In this document: positions 18,865 to 29,480 of the stretch, one piece after another
Position numbering within the stretch: position 1 is the stretch's first letter
Layout of the letters: the number at the start of each line of letters is the position of its first letter
Assembly: GCA_040767965.1 (NCBI GenBank)
Contig: JAXGNR010000004.1
Span: 672,001-736,000 of the forward strand
DNA: 64,000 nt
Direction: 5' to 3'
Source of the DNA: Atribacterota bacterium
GTDB lineage: Bacteria; Atribacterota; Phoenicimicrobiia; Phoenicimicrobiales; Stramentimicrobiaceae
The notes under the pieces: model-generated
Database searches by the model: none
What the model was told of the DNA's origin: nothing
The model's input: the letters and a program-made list of their open reading frames with translations, nothing else
Program-made: the position numbers and the translations under genes

Positions 18865-19363
18865 TCTTCTTTAATTCCTTCTTAATTTTTTTAATGTTCG
18901 GGTAATCAGTAATATCCTTTTCTCTTCTTTTTTTGTCAATGGATACTGTGTGAACAGCATCTCTTGCTTTTAATATCTCTTTCAGCCCTTCCGGTGATAT
19001 TTTCAGCATTTGAGATATTTTTGCCAAATCCGGAAATTTCCTGAACTGCCTGTAATACCTGATAACAAATTGATTGATCAGTTTATTCATCAGCTTTATC
19101 CAGGCTGGAATTTTTATTTTATCATATTTATCCCGAATAAAATTGCGTATTTCGCCGGCAATTAGGATTCGGGCATTTTCTAAAAATGCTGTTTCATTTT
19201 CATTTTTTTTATAGATATTGAGAGCATTTATCAAACCGATATAGCCGGCCTGTTTCAGGTCTTCAGGTTCTTCTCCTGAATTTTCAAATTCTCGGGCCAC
19301 CTCATCCAGGAGATAAATGTATTTTTCTGTTTCTCTATAATCAAATATTTTCTTGTTTTTCAT
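18839..19363 (-). CDS. Sigma-factor-like protein with regions 2-3 but no region 4
   Basis: ENSGEEPEDLKQAGYIGLINAL..IAGEIRNFIRDK..IPAWIK..ILKARDAVHTVSID; ends in a basic tail. Confidence 0.75.
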   Translation of the reverse strand: MKNKKIFDYRETEKYIYLLDEVAREFENSGEEPEDLKQAGYIGLINALNIYKKNENETAFLENARILIAGEIRNFIRDKYDKIKIPAWIKLMNKLINQFVIRYYRQFRKFPDLAKISQMLKISPEGLKEILKARDAVHTVSIDKKRREKDITDYPNIKKIKKELKKNDYEPGNY

Positions 19364-19426
19364 AATCTTACCATTGCTTTTTACAATCTATTATTTTGCT
19401 AATATGTAATATTTATACTGCATCTG

Positions 19427-20632
19427 TTAAACTAATTCTACCATGCTGAATATTGGTAAATACATTGCGATAACCATAGTGCCTACTCCCAGGGCAACCA
19501 GTGCCATCATGGCAGGTTCTATTACTGAGGTTAATTGTTCAACAGCTCTTTCCACTTCCTGGTCATAAAATTTGGAAATATTTAAAAGCATGGTTTCCAG
19601 TTCTCCGCTTTCCTCTCCTACCATTATCATCTGAGTAACCATAGGAGGGAAAACTCCACTTTCTTCCAGTGGCGCTGAAATGCTCTGGCCTTCCTTGATG
19701 CGGTCTGCAGAGATGGAAACAGCTTCAGCAAGAATATCATTACCGATTGATTCAGCGGAAACTTTTAGTGATTGAATTATTGGAACACCACTGCGGATTA
19801 ATGTTCCCAGTATGCGGGTAAATCTGTTGATTGATGTTTTTAAAAAAAGGTTGCCGAAAATTGGCAATTTTAACTTTATACGGTCAATATTACGATGACC
19901 GTTTTTAGTGCGGCTGTAAGATATGAATAAAAATATTAAAATTGCAGTAACAGCCAGAAAGATATACCAGTACTGATTGAACGTTCTGGTAAAATTAACA
20001 AGTATTCTGGTTAAAAATGGCAGCTGTCCTCCGAACTGCTGGAAAACTGAGACAAACTGAGGAAGAATAAAAGTCAGCATAAATATGCCCATGATAACTG
20101 CAGCTCCCATTATAAAACCGGGATAAGTCATGGCTGATTTTATTTTTTGGCGCAATTCGTATTCTTTTTCCATCAAAGTTGCTATTCTGTTTAAAATATC
20201 ATCCAGCACACCACCCATCTCTCCGGCTTTAATCATATTTACATATAATGCCGAAAATGTTTCGGGAAATGCGGCAAAAGAATCAGTCAAAGTGGCACCC
20301 TGCTCAACATTTTTCTTAATATTTTCTATTTTTTTGGCTAATAATTTATTTTCTGTCTGCTTAGTTAATATTTCCAGGCAGCTAACCAGAGTTAAACCGG
20401 CTGATACCATTGTGGCAAACTGGCGGAAAAAAATAGCTAAATCTCTTATTTTAATAGACTGAAACAGGGTTATATCGGTGGATAAAAGACCGGCACTTTT
20501 TTTGTTTATAGAAATTACAAAATATCTCATTTCCCGAAGGCGATCCAGGGCAGATTCCCTATTGTCACTATCAATGGTGCCTGTCAGGATCTGCCCGGCA
20601 TTGTCTCGAGCTTTATATGTAAATGTTGGCAT
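19427..20632 (-). CDS. pilC: Type IV pilus platform protein PilC
   Basis: MPTFTYKARD, FFRQFATMVSAG, AGEMGGVLD, KIKSAMTYP, VGEESGEL, MYLPIF. Confidence 0.95.
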   Translation of the reverse strand: MPTFTYKARDNAGQILTGTIDSDNRESALDRLREMRYFVISINKKSAGLLSTDITLFQSIKIRDLAIFFRQFATMVSAGLTLVSCLEILTKQTENKLLAKKIENIKKNVEQGATLTDSFAAFPETFSALYVNMIKAGEMGGVLDDILNRIATLMEKEYELRQKIKSAMTYPGFIMGAAVIMGIFMLTFILPQFVSVFQQFGGQLPFLTRILVNFTRTFNQYWYIFLAVTAILIFLFISYSRTKNGHRNIDRIKLKLPIFGNLFLKTSINRFTRILGTLIRSGVPIIQSLKVSAESIGNDILAEAVSISADRIKEGQSISAPLEESGVFPPMVTQMIMVGEESGELETMLLNISKFYDQEVERAVEQLTSVIEPAMMALVALGVGTMVIAMYLPIFSMVELV

Positions 20633-20937
20633 TTTCCGATACCTCCTTTACTACCCTCTGGTTTTTCCATATTTGCATAAAACAAAAGCCTGAAGGATAA
20701 TAAAATAGTTTTTATTAAAAAAGTACAGACCATAGTATTTAGCTATATTTTATTATTATATATATTTTTCTAATTTACAACAACAAAATAATTAGTTCTA
20801 ATAATGTAAAGATATTTATGAGTTTTATTTGTGATATGATTTACTGTTAAAAATATCTGTTGCCGGGAAATATCTGTGATTAAAAAAAGATGTGATCTGA
20901 GAATTAATTGTTTTTTAAAAAGCTTTTAAAATAATTT

Positions 20938-22694
20938 TCAGTTGCTGGTAGTGGTACGAATTACTTCTTCTATTGTAGTAATTCCCTGGATGACATTTTT
21001 TAATCCATCTTCTTTCAAAGTAACCATGCCATTTTTTTAATGGCAGTTTCTCTAATATCACCCAGACTGGCTCTTTTATATATCAATTCACGAATATTTT
21101 CATTAACTACCATCAATTCAAAAATAGCAGTTCTGCCTTTGTAGCCGGTATGCTTGCAATGCGGGCAGCCCTCTCCATGATAAGCTTTAATATCATCTGC
21201 AGTAAAATTAAATTCTCCCATAATATTTTTTATTTCTTCGGTAATTTCTATTTCTTTTTTGCAATGAGGGCATATTTTTCTAACAAGTCTTTGGGCGATT
21301 ACACCAATAACTGATGTTGAAATCAAAAAAGGTTCAATGCCCATATCAACTAAACGGATAATAGAACTGGGAGCATCGTTGGTATGTAATGTGCTTAAAA
21401 CCAGATGTCCGGTTAAAGCAGACTGAATGGCAATATCGGCTGTTTCCTTGTCTCTTATTTCTCCTACCAGCATTATATCAGGATCCTGTCTTAAGAAACT
21501 GCGCAGTCCGGCAGCAAAAGTTAATCCGATTTTGGGCTGAGCCTGTAACTGGCTTATTCCATCCAATCGGTATTCTACCGGGTCTTCAATGGTCATAATC
21601 TTTTTCTCTATTGAGTTTAATATATTCAAAGTTGCATATAAAGTGGTGGATTTTCCGCTACCCGTTGGTCCGGTAACCAATAGAATACCATTGGGCTTTT
21701 CAATCAATTCTTGATATTTTTTGAGATTGTAGCTGGAAAACCCAATTGATTTTAAATCCAGCTTTATCTGGGCAGGGTCCAATATTCTTAAAACAGCACT
21801 TTCCCCGTTTACCGCAGGAATAGTAGATACCCGAAAGTTAATTTCCCTTCCATGGACCTGAACTTTTATTCGACCGTCTTGAGGAAGGCGCCTTTCGGCA
21901 ATATTTAAATTTGACATTATTTTTATCCTGGAAATAATAGCCATATGCAAGCTTCTGGGTGGAGACATTATATCGTGCAAAATACCGTCAATTCGATACC
22001 TGACCTTTAACGCTTTATCTCCATAAGGCTCAATATGGATGTCACTAGCCCCCTCTTTTATTGCTCGCAGCATTATCAGATTTACAAGAGATATTACCGG
22101 TGCCTCGTGAGATTCGCTTACACTTTTGGCTATATCCATATCTTCAATATTGTCTTCAACTGCAGTAACAGCAAGGGAATTAATTTCTCCCATCATTTGC
22201 TGCCAGTTCTCGGTAATACCGTAAACAGAATCAAGTACTTTGTTGATATCATCACTGGAGGATAACCGTGGCTCAATCTCATAGCCAGTTCTTATTTTGA
22301 TTTCATCTTGTGTATATACATCTAAAGGATTGGCCATAGCTACTATTATCTTATCATTTTTCTTTCCTATAGTTACCAGATGATGTTTTCTTGATAAGTC
22401 TTCCGGTAGAATGGCCACTATGGAAGGATCCAGAGCCTTTCCGTCCAGATTAATGTAGGGAATACCTATTTCTTCTGAGAGAATTTCCATGATCTGTTTT
22501 TTGTCTATTAAACCCATGCTAATGATAATATTTTGAATATTGGTGTTTTTATCATTTTGCTTTTGATATATTTTTTCTAAATCACTTTTTTTCAGGATAT
22601 TTCTGTTAAGAAGGACATCTAAAAGAAATTCTCCTGTTATTCCCTTTTCTGTAATTGTTCTTTTTGTCATATATTCCTCTGAATTCGAAATCAA
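20938..22694 (-). CDS. pilB: Extension ATPase PilB (copy 1); homopolymer frameshift at ~21032-21038 near the C-terminus
   Basis: ASDIHIEP, AERRLPQDGR, GPTGSGKSTT, RQDPD, CPHC x2; tail NGMVTLKEDG...TTIEEVIRTTTSN in a shifted frame to a stop at 20938. Confidence 0.92.
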
Positions 22695-22777
22695 GTTTAT
22701 ATTTTATTAGACATATTTTGTATAAATAATTATTTTATCAGAATTATTCTATTTTTGCATTTGATATTGAAATATTT

Positions 22778-23317
22778 TTATGCAGGCCATTTATCTTTAA
22801 TTAATTTTAGTTTACCACTTTTTATCCATGATTCCATAAAAATATTTTCCAAAGTGCGATAAACAATTCTGGTGCCAATGGAATCTTTTCCCTGTAATGG
22901 TTTAACCAAAATAGTAAATAAGTTCAGACGGTTGCCTCCCAATATGTCAGTAAAGATCTGGTCTCCGATTACCGCAGTTTCCAGGTTGTTAGTCTTCATA
23001 ATTTTTAAGGCTTCTTTGAAGGGACGGGCAGCAGGTTTATAGCGGCTTGAATAAAAAGGAATGCCCAATTTCTCTCCAATTTCCCTGATATGCCCTGAAT
23101 GGCTGTTAGAGACAATGCATATTTTTATAAAATTCTTTTTAACTTTCTGTATCCAGGAAATAATATCTTCGCTTAACTCCTTTTTACCCCAGGGAACCAT
23201 AGTGTTATCCAAATCAATAATAATTCCTTTGATGTTTTTTTCTTCTTTCAATTTTTTTACATCTATTTTACAAATGTTTTCAATATAAATTTTAGGTATT
23301 AAACAGTGCAGCATCAT
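22778..23317 (-). CDS. yqeG: YqeG-family HAD IIIA phosphatase
   Basis: DLDNT, IVSN, KP, VIGDQIFTDILGGNR. Confidence 0.9.
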   Translation of the reverse strand: MMLHCLIPKIYIENICKIDVKKLKEEKNIKGIIIDLDNTMVPWGKKELSEDIISWIQKVKKNFIKICIVSNSHSGHIREIGEKLGIPFYSSRYKPAARPFKEALKIMKTNNLETAVIGDQIFTDILGGNRLNLFTILVKPLQGKDSIGTRIVYRTLENIFMESWIKSGKLKLIKDKWPA

Positions 23318-23425
23318 TATCTCCTTGTATTGCTGAATTGCTATAATTATATTTTAAATATTTTTTTTAAAGGCAATCAAATCAATAACTTTTTTTAATT
23401 AACTGGTAGCTTTGCTTTAATTCTG

Positions 23426-24385
23426 TCAGGGTTTATTGTCTAAATGCTCTTCATAAGTTTTTGAAAAAACATGCTCTCCTTCTTTGCCAACTACAAAAAA
23501 AATATACTCTTCATTGGCAGGCTCTGCTGCTGCCAGGATTGAATCAAGTCCTGGATTGCAAATAGGAGCAGGAGGTAGCCCATAATTTAAATAGGTATTA
23601 AAAGGGGATTCAATTTCCAGTTCAGTATAAGTAAGTTCCTCTTTAGGTTCATCCAGCAAATACTGGACAGTGGCACAGGATTGCAACCTCATGCCGCTTA
23701 TCAATCTGTTATAAAATACTGATGCGATTTTAGGTTTATCATCCTTGCCCTGAGCTTCTTTTTCTATAATGGAAGCCAGGATAACAATCTGGTGAAAGTC
23801 AAGATCAGCAGGAAACTCCTGTTCAGGATCAATATGGGCAAAAACTATCTTTTTAAAATTATTAACCAGCAAATTTAATGTATTTCTCGCACCATAATTT
23901 TTAGGCACTGTGTATGTATCCGGAAAAAGATAACCCTCCTGATATTCATTGTCCTCTTGTATAAGCTGCATAAGTTCTTCGTATTCAGCTATTCCTTTTT
24001 CTTCCAGCAGGCGGGCAATCTGCTTATTTTGAAAACCTTCCGGTATTGTAATTTTGTGAAGCATTACTTTTCCTCTGACTAGCATTTCAATAATTTGCAG
24101 CAGGTTCTGGGATGAGCTAAACTGATATTCTCCGGATTGTAATTTTCCGTCAGCTTTCATAGCCCTGGTCAATAATTGGAAAACAATATTATAAGGCCTT
24201 ATAATCCCTTCTTCTTCCAGTAAATGCCTTATCTTAACACTATTATAATCAAAAGGTATTTCTAAAGCTTTTATGGTAGGATCAACGCTATTAAAAGGAA
24301 TATAAATCCAGGTTGCAACTAATGTGCAAACTAAAAATATTCCCACAAAAAGAAAAATTAATAGATTGATTATCCTGTATTTCAT
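23426..24385 (-). CDS. mltG: Endolytic transglycosylase MltG
   Basis: ITIPEGF, EGYLFPDTY, LASIIEKE, SPFNTY..GLPPAPICNPG. Confidence 0.95.
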   Translation of the reverse strand: MKYRIINLLIFLFVGIFLVCTLVATWIYIPFNSVDPTIKALEIPFDYNSVKIRHLLEEEGIIRPYNIVFQLLTRAMKADGKLQSGEYQFSSSQNLLQIIEMLVRGKVMLHKITIPEGFQNKQIARLLEEKGIAEYEELMQLIQEDNEYQEGYLFPDTYTVPKNYGARNTLNLLVNNFKKIVFAHIDPEQEFPADLDFHQIVILASIIEKEAQGKDDKPKIASVFYNRLISGMRLQSCATVQYLLDEPKEELTYTELEIESPFNTYLNYGLPPAPICNPGLDSILAAAEPANEEYIFFVVGKEGEHVFSKTYEEHLDNKP

Positions 24386-24391
24386 CAGATA

Positions 24392-24820
24392 TTATCTTTC
24401 TTTTTTCAGATAATTTTTCCTATCCAGATAAGATTGTAAAATAATTACTGCTGATAACCTGTCAACAGCTTTCTTTCTCTTTGCTCTGCTTTGATCAGCC
24501 ATCAAAAGAACCTGTTGGGCGCTTACCGTGCTGAGTCTTTCATCTTCAAAATCTATTGGCAGGTTGCTTTTTTCTTGTATGATTTTTGCCTGTTCCTGCA
24601 CTTTTTGTGCTTTTGGCCCAAGGGTACCGTTCATGTTTCTGGGCAGACCAAACACGATCAATTGAATATTTTTTTCTTTTACAATATTTAATATTTTATC
24701 ATATATTTCTTCAGGATTATCCAGCTGAATTGTTTTTAGACCCTGGGCTGTTATCCCTAAAGGGTCGCTAACTGCTAGACCAATTCTTTTTTCACCCATA
24801 TCAATTCCTAATATTTTCAA
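24392..24820 (-). CDS. ruvX: YqgF/RuvX pre-16S rRNA nuclease
   Basis: GIDMGEKRIGLAVSD, DERLST, VDRLSAVIILQ. Confidence 0.95.
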   Translation of the reverse strand: MKILGIDMGEKRIGLAVSDPLGITAQGLKTIQLDNPEEIYDKILNIVKEKNIQLIVFGLPRNMNGTLGPKAQKVQEQAKIIQEKSNLPIDFEDERLSTVSAQQVLLMADQSRAKRKKAVDRLSAVIILQSYLDRKNYLKKER

Positions 24821-25000
24821 TAATAACTCCTTCTGATAAAATTAGTTTAACAGATATATTTTTAATATGTATGTATATTATAATAGGGTTCTTCGAAAAT
24901 CAAATAATATAATGAGGTCAGGAAGATAATAGAAAAATATATTGAAAAAAAAGATCTTTATAGCACTTTTACAGATAAAAATAATATTAAAATGAAGAAA

Positions 25001-27652
25001 TTACAGCTGAATGTTTTCTTCTATATTTTCGAAAGATTTTTTTAAATGTTCCAGACCTGTTCCACCTGCCTGGGCAAAGTTTCTTTTTCCTCCGCCTTTA
25101 CCGTTTACTGCAGTAGCAAATGGTTTTATTATTTTCCCAGCATCATAACCTTTATTAATTAAATCATCAGTAACCATTACAATAATACTGATTTTATCCT
25201 CTTCCAGCTTTGCTCCCAATATAATTATTCCAGAATTTAGTTTTTCTTTAATCAGGTCGCCTATTTCTCTTAAATCTTTTTTATCTTTAACATCAACTAT
25301 TGAAGAAATAACAGCAGTATTTTTGATAATATTTTTATTTTTAATTATTTCATCAACACGGAAAGGCATAATTTCTTTCCAGAGAAGTCTGAATTCACGT
25401 TTTAAATTTTCGTTTTCAGAAATTAATTGTTGAATTTTAGCAATAATGTTTTTTTTCGGTGTATCCAGTAATTTTTGCAGTTCTAGTAACTGATTTTCAT
25501 TTTCTTTAATGGCTGCACGGGCTTTTTCTCTGGTAACAGCCTCTATTCTTCTTAAACCGCTACCAATACTTTGTTCAATTTCAATCTTGAAAAATCCTAT
25601 CTTGGAAGTGTTATCAAGATGAGTTCCACCACAGAGTTCCTTACTGAACCCTCCAATATCAATCATTCTGACTGTATCTCCATATTTCTCTCCAAACAGG
25701 GCGATAGCGCCTTCTTCTTTAGCTGATTTGATATTAGTTATGGATGATTTTACCGGGTATCCTTCTTCAATCTGTTTATTGATTATTTTTTCTATTTCTT
25801 CCAGTTCTTCATCTGATATGCTTTTATAGTGAGTAAAATCAAAACGTAAATGATCCGCGGTTACTGAAGAACCAGCTTGTTTAACATGTTCACCTAAAAC
25901 ACTTCTTAGTGCGTGATGAAGCAGATGAGTAGCTGTATGATTTGCTGCAATTGCTAATCGTTCCTGATTATGAACCTGGGCTTTAACTTTTTGGTTTACC
26001 ATGAAAGATCCTTTTTCAACAGTTGCATAATGAACAATAATGTCATCGACAGGGGTTTGGGTATCGTAAATATTAGCTGATGAAAATTCTTCATTATCTA
26101 AACTGGTAATGACTCCGCAGTCACCTTTTTGCCCTCCCTTTTCTGCATAAAAAGGGGTTTCTTTAAGAATTATCAATCCTTTTTGCCCTGAATCCAGTTG
26201 GGTTACCTGTTCACCCTGCTTTATGATTGCGATAATTTCGGTCTGGGAAGAAATCTGATGATAACCTGTAAATACAGATTCACCAAATTTTGATAACAGG
26301 CCCTGTAAAATAGCAGATATTTTTTCTTCCTGCCTTTGTTCATCTTTCCCTGCCGGCCAGGATTGTCTTGAACGATTTTTTTGTTCCTGCATGTATTTAT
26401 CATAATCTTTTTCATCAACTATAAATCCAGATTCGCTTAGTATATCTTTAGTAATTTCTAAAGGAAAACCGTAAGTATCATAAAGAGTAAAGGCATCTTT
26501 ACCATTTAATATTTTTTGATTACCTGATTTAAGTTTACCTAAATAGGTTTCCAGAATACCTAATCCAAGATTAAGAGTTTCCTGAAATTTATTTTCTTCA
26601 ATAAGAATTAACTCATAGATATCTTTCTCTTTTTCTTTCAATTCAGGGTAAGCTCCTTGCATTATATTTATAACAGAAGGGGCGGCATCGTATAAAAAAG
26701 GTTCATTCAATCCGAGAACTTTGCCATAGCGGTAAGCCCTTCTCAGGAGCATTCTTAAAACATATCCTCTTCCTTCATTAGAAGGAAGTATTCCATCTGA
26801 AATCATAAAAACTAAAGCTCTTAAATGATCAGCAATTACCTTTAAAGCTATGTTGTATTCATTTTTTTCATTATATTTAACGCCTGCTTTTTGAGCTGTA
26901 TATTGAATAATTGGTAAAAAAAGGTCTGTTTCAAAATCTGATGGTGCTTTTTGTAAAACTGAGGAAATTCTTTCCAGTCCCAGTCCTGTATCAATATTTT
27001 TATTAGGTAAAGTCTCCAGCGAACCATCTTCGTTACGGTTAAACTGCATAAAAACCAGATTCCATAACTCTAAATATCGGTCATTTTCCCCTACCCCACC
27101 ATTTTTGGAATCTCTTTCCGGTCCAAGATCTATATATATTTCCGAACAAGGACCGCATGGCCCGACAGGTCCTACTTTCCAGAAGTTATCTTCTTCTCCC
27201 AGGCGGACAATATGGTTTTCAGATAAACCAATCATGTTATGCCATAAGATGAATGATTCATCATCATCTTTGTAAACAGATACAAAAAGTTTTTCTTTGG
27301 AAAAACCGATTATATCAGTAAAAAACTCCCAGCTCCATTTAATTGCATCTTCTTTAAAATAGTCACCAAAAGAAAAATTACCAAGCATTTCAAAAAAAGT
27401 ATGATGTCTTGCAGTTTTGCCTACATTTTCAATATCATTAGTCCTCAGACATTTTTGAGAAGTGGTTGCCCTTTTTAAACTGGATTTTTTTTGTCCCAGG
27501 AAGATAGGCTTAAAAGGTACCATTCCCGCAATTGTAAACAGTATGCTGGGATCTTCAGGAATAAGAGAAGCGCTTGGTATTATTTTATGCTCTTTAGATT
27601 GAAAAAAATCTAAAAAAGCGGTTCTGATTTGATGACTACTCATTTCTTTCAT
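25001..27652 (-). CDS. alaS: Alanine--tRNA ligase
   Basis: HHTFFEMLGNFSFGDYFK, HTATHLLH, ELCGGTH, GKGGG. Confidence 0.98.
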   Translation of the reverse strand: MKEMSSHQIRTAFLDFFQSKEHKIIPSASLIPEDPSILFTIAGMVPFKPIFLGQKKSSLKRATTSQKCLRTNDIENVGKTARHHTFFEMLGNFSFGDYFKEDAIKWSWEFFTDIIGFSKEKLFVSVYKDDDESFILWHNMIGLSENHIVRLGEEDNFWKVGPVGPCGPCSEIYIDLGPERDSKNGGVGENDRYLELWNLVFMQFNRNEDGSLETLPNKNIDTGLGLERISSVLQKAPSDFETDLFLPIIQYTAQKAGVKYNEKNEYNIALKVIADHLRALVFMISDGILPSNEGRGYVLRMLLRRAYRYGKVLGLNEPFLYDAAPSVINIMQGAYPELKEKEKDIYELILIEENKFQETLNLGLGILETYLGKLKSGNQKILNGKDAFTLYDTYGFPLEITKDILSESGFIVDEKDYDKYMQEQKNRSRQSWPAGKDEQRQEEKISAILQGLLSKFGESVFTGYHQISSQTEIIAIIKQGEQVTQLDSGQKGLIILKETPFYAEKGGQKGDCGVITSLDNEEFSSANIYDTQTPVDDIIVHYATVEKGSFMVNQKVKAQVHNQERLAIAANHTATHLLHHALRSVLGEHVKQAGSSVTADHLRFDFTHYKSISDEELEEIEKIINKQIEEGYPVKSSITNIKSAKEEGAIALFGEKYGDTVRMIDIGGFSKELCGGTHLDNTSKIGFFKIEIEQSIGSGLRRIEAVTREKARAAIKENENQLLELQKLLDTPKKNIIAKIQQLISENENLKREFRLLWKEIMPFRVDEIIKNKNIIKNTAVISSIVDVKDKKDLREIGDLIKEKLNSGIIILGAKLEEDKISIIVMVTDDLINKGYDAGKIIKPFATAVNGKGGGKRNFAQAGGTGLEHLKKSFENIEENIQL

Positions 27653-27730
27653 ATAAAAACTCCTTGTAAATATAAGCGATTGTTCATTTTTTTAAAAAAC
27701 TGATTTTATTAATAAAAAATAGTATTAGAT

Positions 27731-29464
27731 TTAAAATGATTGCTGCCCGGCAACTCTTAAGACTTCATCAATTGTTGTAATTCCTTCTAATGCTTTTGTT
27801 ATTCCAATATCAAGCAGAGTAAGCATGCCATTTTTAATAGCCACATCTTTTATCTCATTACTGGATGATTTTTGCATTATCAAAGAGCGTATATCATCAT
27901 TAATTCTAATCATTTCAAAGATAGCAGTCCTTCCACGATATCCTGTATTGTTGCAGTAATCACAACCTTTGCCCCTGTATAGGTTTATGTCATTTACTGG
28001 CGGGAGATCAATGTTCAACTGCATGTTTTTAAAAACACTTGCATCAGGTTTGTATTGTTCAACGCATTTAGGGCAGATTCTGCGAACCAGTCTTTGCGCC
28101 ATAACACACAATACAGATGAGGTAATCAAAAAAGGAGCAATCCCCATGTCAATCATTCTGGTAAGAGAACTGACTGCATCATTTGTATGTAAGGTACTGA
28201 AAACCAGATGTCCAGTCAGGGATGACTGAACAGCAATATGGGCTGTTTCCGAATCCCGCATTTCTCCTATCATTATTATGTCCGGGTCTTGCCTTAATAT
28301 TGAACGAAGGGCATTGGCAAAAGTAAGATTAATTTTTGGCAGGATACTTATTTGATTAATCCTTTCCAATTTATATTCAACCGGATCTTCTACAGTGATT
28401 ACATTTTTTTCAACTGAATCTATCTCATTTAATGTTCCATAAAGTGTAGTGCTTTTCCCACTACCGGTTGGACCTGTTAAAAGAATTATCCCATAAGGAG
28501 CTTTAATTACTTTTCGGAATTCCATTAACTGATCGTCTGAAAATCCGATACCATCCAGAGAAATAATCCCCTGGCTCTTATCCAGGATACGCATTACAAT
28601 TTTTTCCTGATAAACAGTTGGTATAGAAGAAACTCTCAGATCTACTTCTCTGGTTCCAAATCGCAATTGAAAACGTCCATCCTGCGGTAATCTTCGTTCG
28701 GCAATATCCATTCGTGACAGTATTTTTACCCGGGAGATGATAGCAGGTTTTATCCGGTTGGGAAGCATTTTAGTATCATGCAGCACTCCATCTATGCGAT
28801 ATCTGACCAGCAGTCCTCTTTTGTTGGGCTCTAAATGAATATCACTTGCCCTTTCTTTTATGGCCTGCACTATTATAAAATTAACCAGCTGGATTACAGG
28901 GGCTTCCTGGCTGATAGCTTCCAGTTCAGAAAGATTTACTTCATCTCCAAATTCAGAAACAGTAGAAACATCAACTTTTTCTAAAATGTCATCAAAATGG
29001 CCACCTGTTTCATAATATGAGCTTAAAGCATTTGTAATATCTTCTTCGCTGGCAAATTTTGTAACAATATTAGATTTGGTGTATTCCTTAATGAAATCTA
29101 TTGCATTTACATCTAAAGGATTGGCCATGGCTATGGTGATAGTATTGTTTTCCTTGCTAAGAGGAACAATTTTGTATCTAACGGCAATCCTTTTTGGTAT
29201 TACAGATACAATTTCAGGGTCAAGAATAATGTCTTCCAATTCTATGTATTCAGCTTCATATACATGTTGTAAGGCCTGCAAAAGCTGTTTTTGATCAATA
29301 GCTCCCTGGCTAACCAGAATTTCTCCGATTTTTTTCTTGTTGTCGGCTTTTTGTTCAGTTAAAGCTTTTTTAAGCTGTTCAGAATTAATCATACCCTGAT
29401 TAATTAAAATCTCTCCCAGCCTCATATTAGAAAGATAATATTTTTCTTTACCCTCTAAGGACAT
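27731..29464 (-). CDS. pilB: Extension ATPase PilB/GspE (copy 2) with a canonical MshEN motif
   Basis: RLGEILINQGMINSEQLKKALTEQ; Walker A GPTGSGKSTT; CPKC/CDYC. Confidence 0.9.
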   Translation of the reverse strand: MSLEGKEKYYLSNMRLGEILINQGMINSEQLKKALTEQKADNKKKIGEILVSQGAIDQKQLLQALQHVYEAEYIELEDIILDPEIVSVIPKRIAVRYKIVPLSKENNTITIAMANPLDVNAIDFIKEYTKSNIVTKFASEEDITNALSSYYETGGHFDDILEKVDVSTVSEFGDEVNLSELEAISQEAPVIQLVNFIIVQAIKERASDIHLEPNKRGLLVRYRIDGVLHDTKMLPNRIKPAIISRVKILSRMDIAERRLPQDGRFQLRFGTREVDLRVSSIPTVYQEKIVMRILDKSQGIISLDGIGFSDDQLMEFRKVIKAPYGIILLTGPTGSGKSTTLYGTLNEIDSVEKNVITVEDPVEYKLERINQISILPKINLTFANALRSILRQDPDIIMIGEMRDSETAHIAVQSSLTGHLVFSTLHTNDAVSSLTRMIDMGIAPFLITSSVLCVMAQRLVRRICPKCVEQYKPDASVFKNMQLNIDLPPVNDINLYRGKGCDYCNNTGYRGRTAIFEMIRINDDIRSLIMQKSSSNEIKDVAIKNGMLTLLDIGITKALEGITTIDEVLRVAGQQSF

Positions 29465-29480
29465 TTATGGTAATCTCCTT

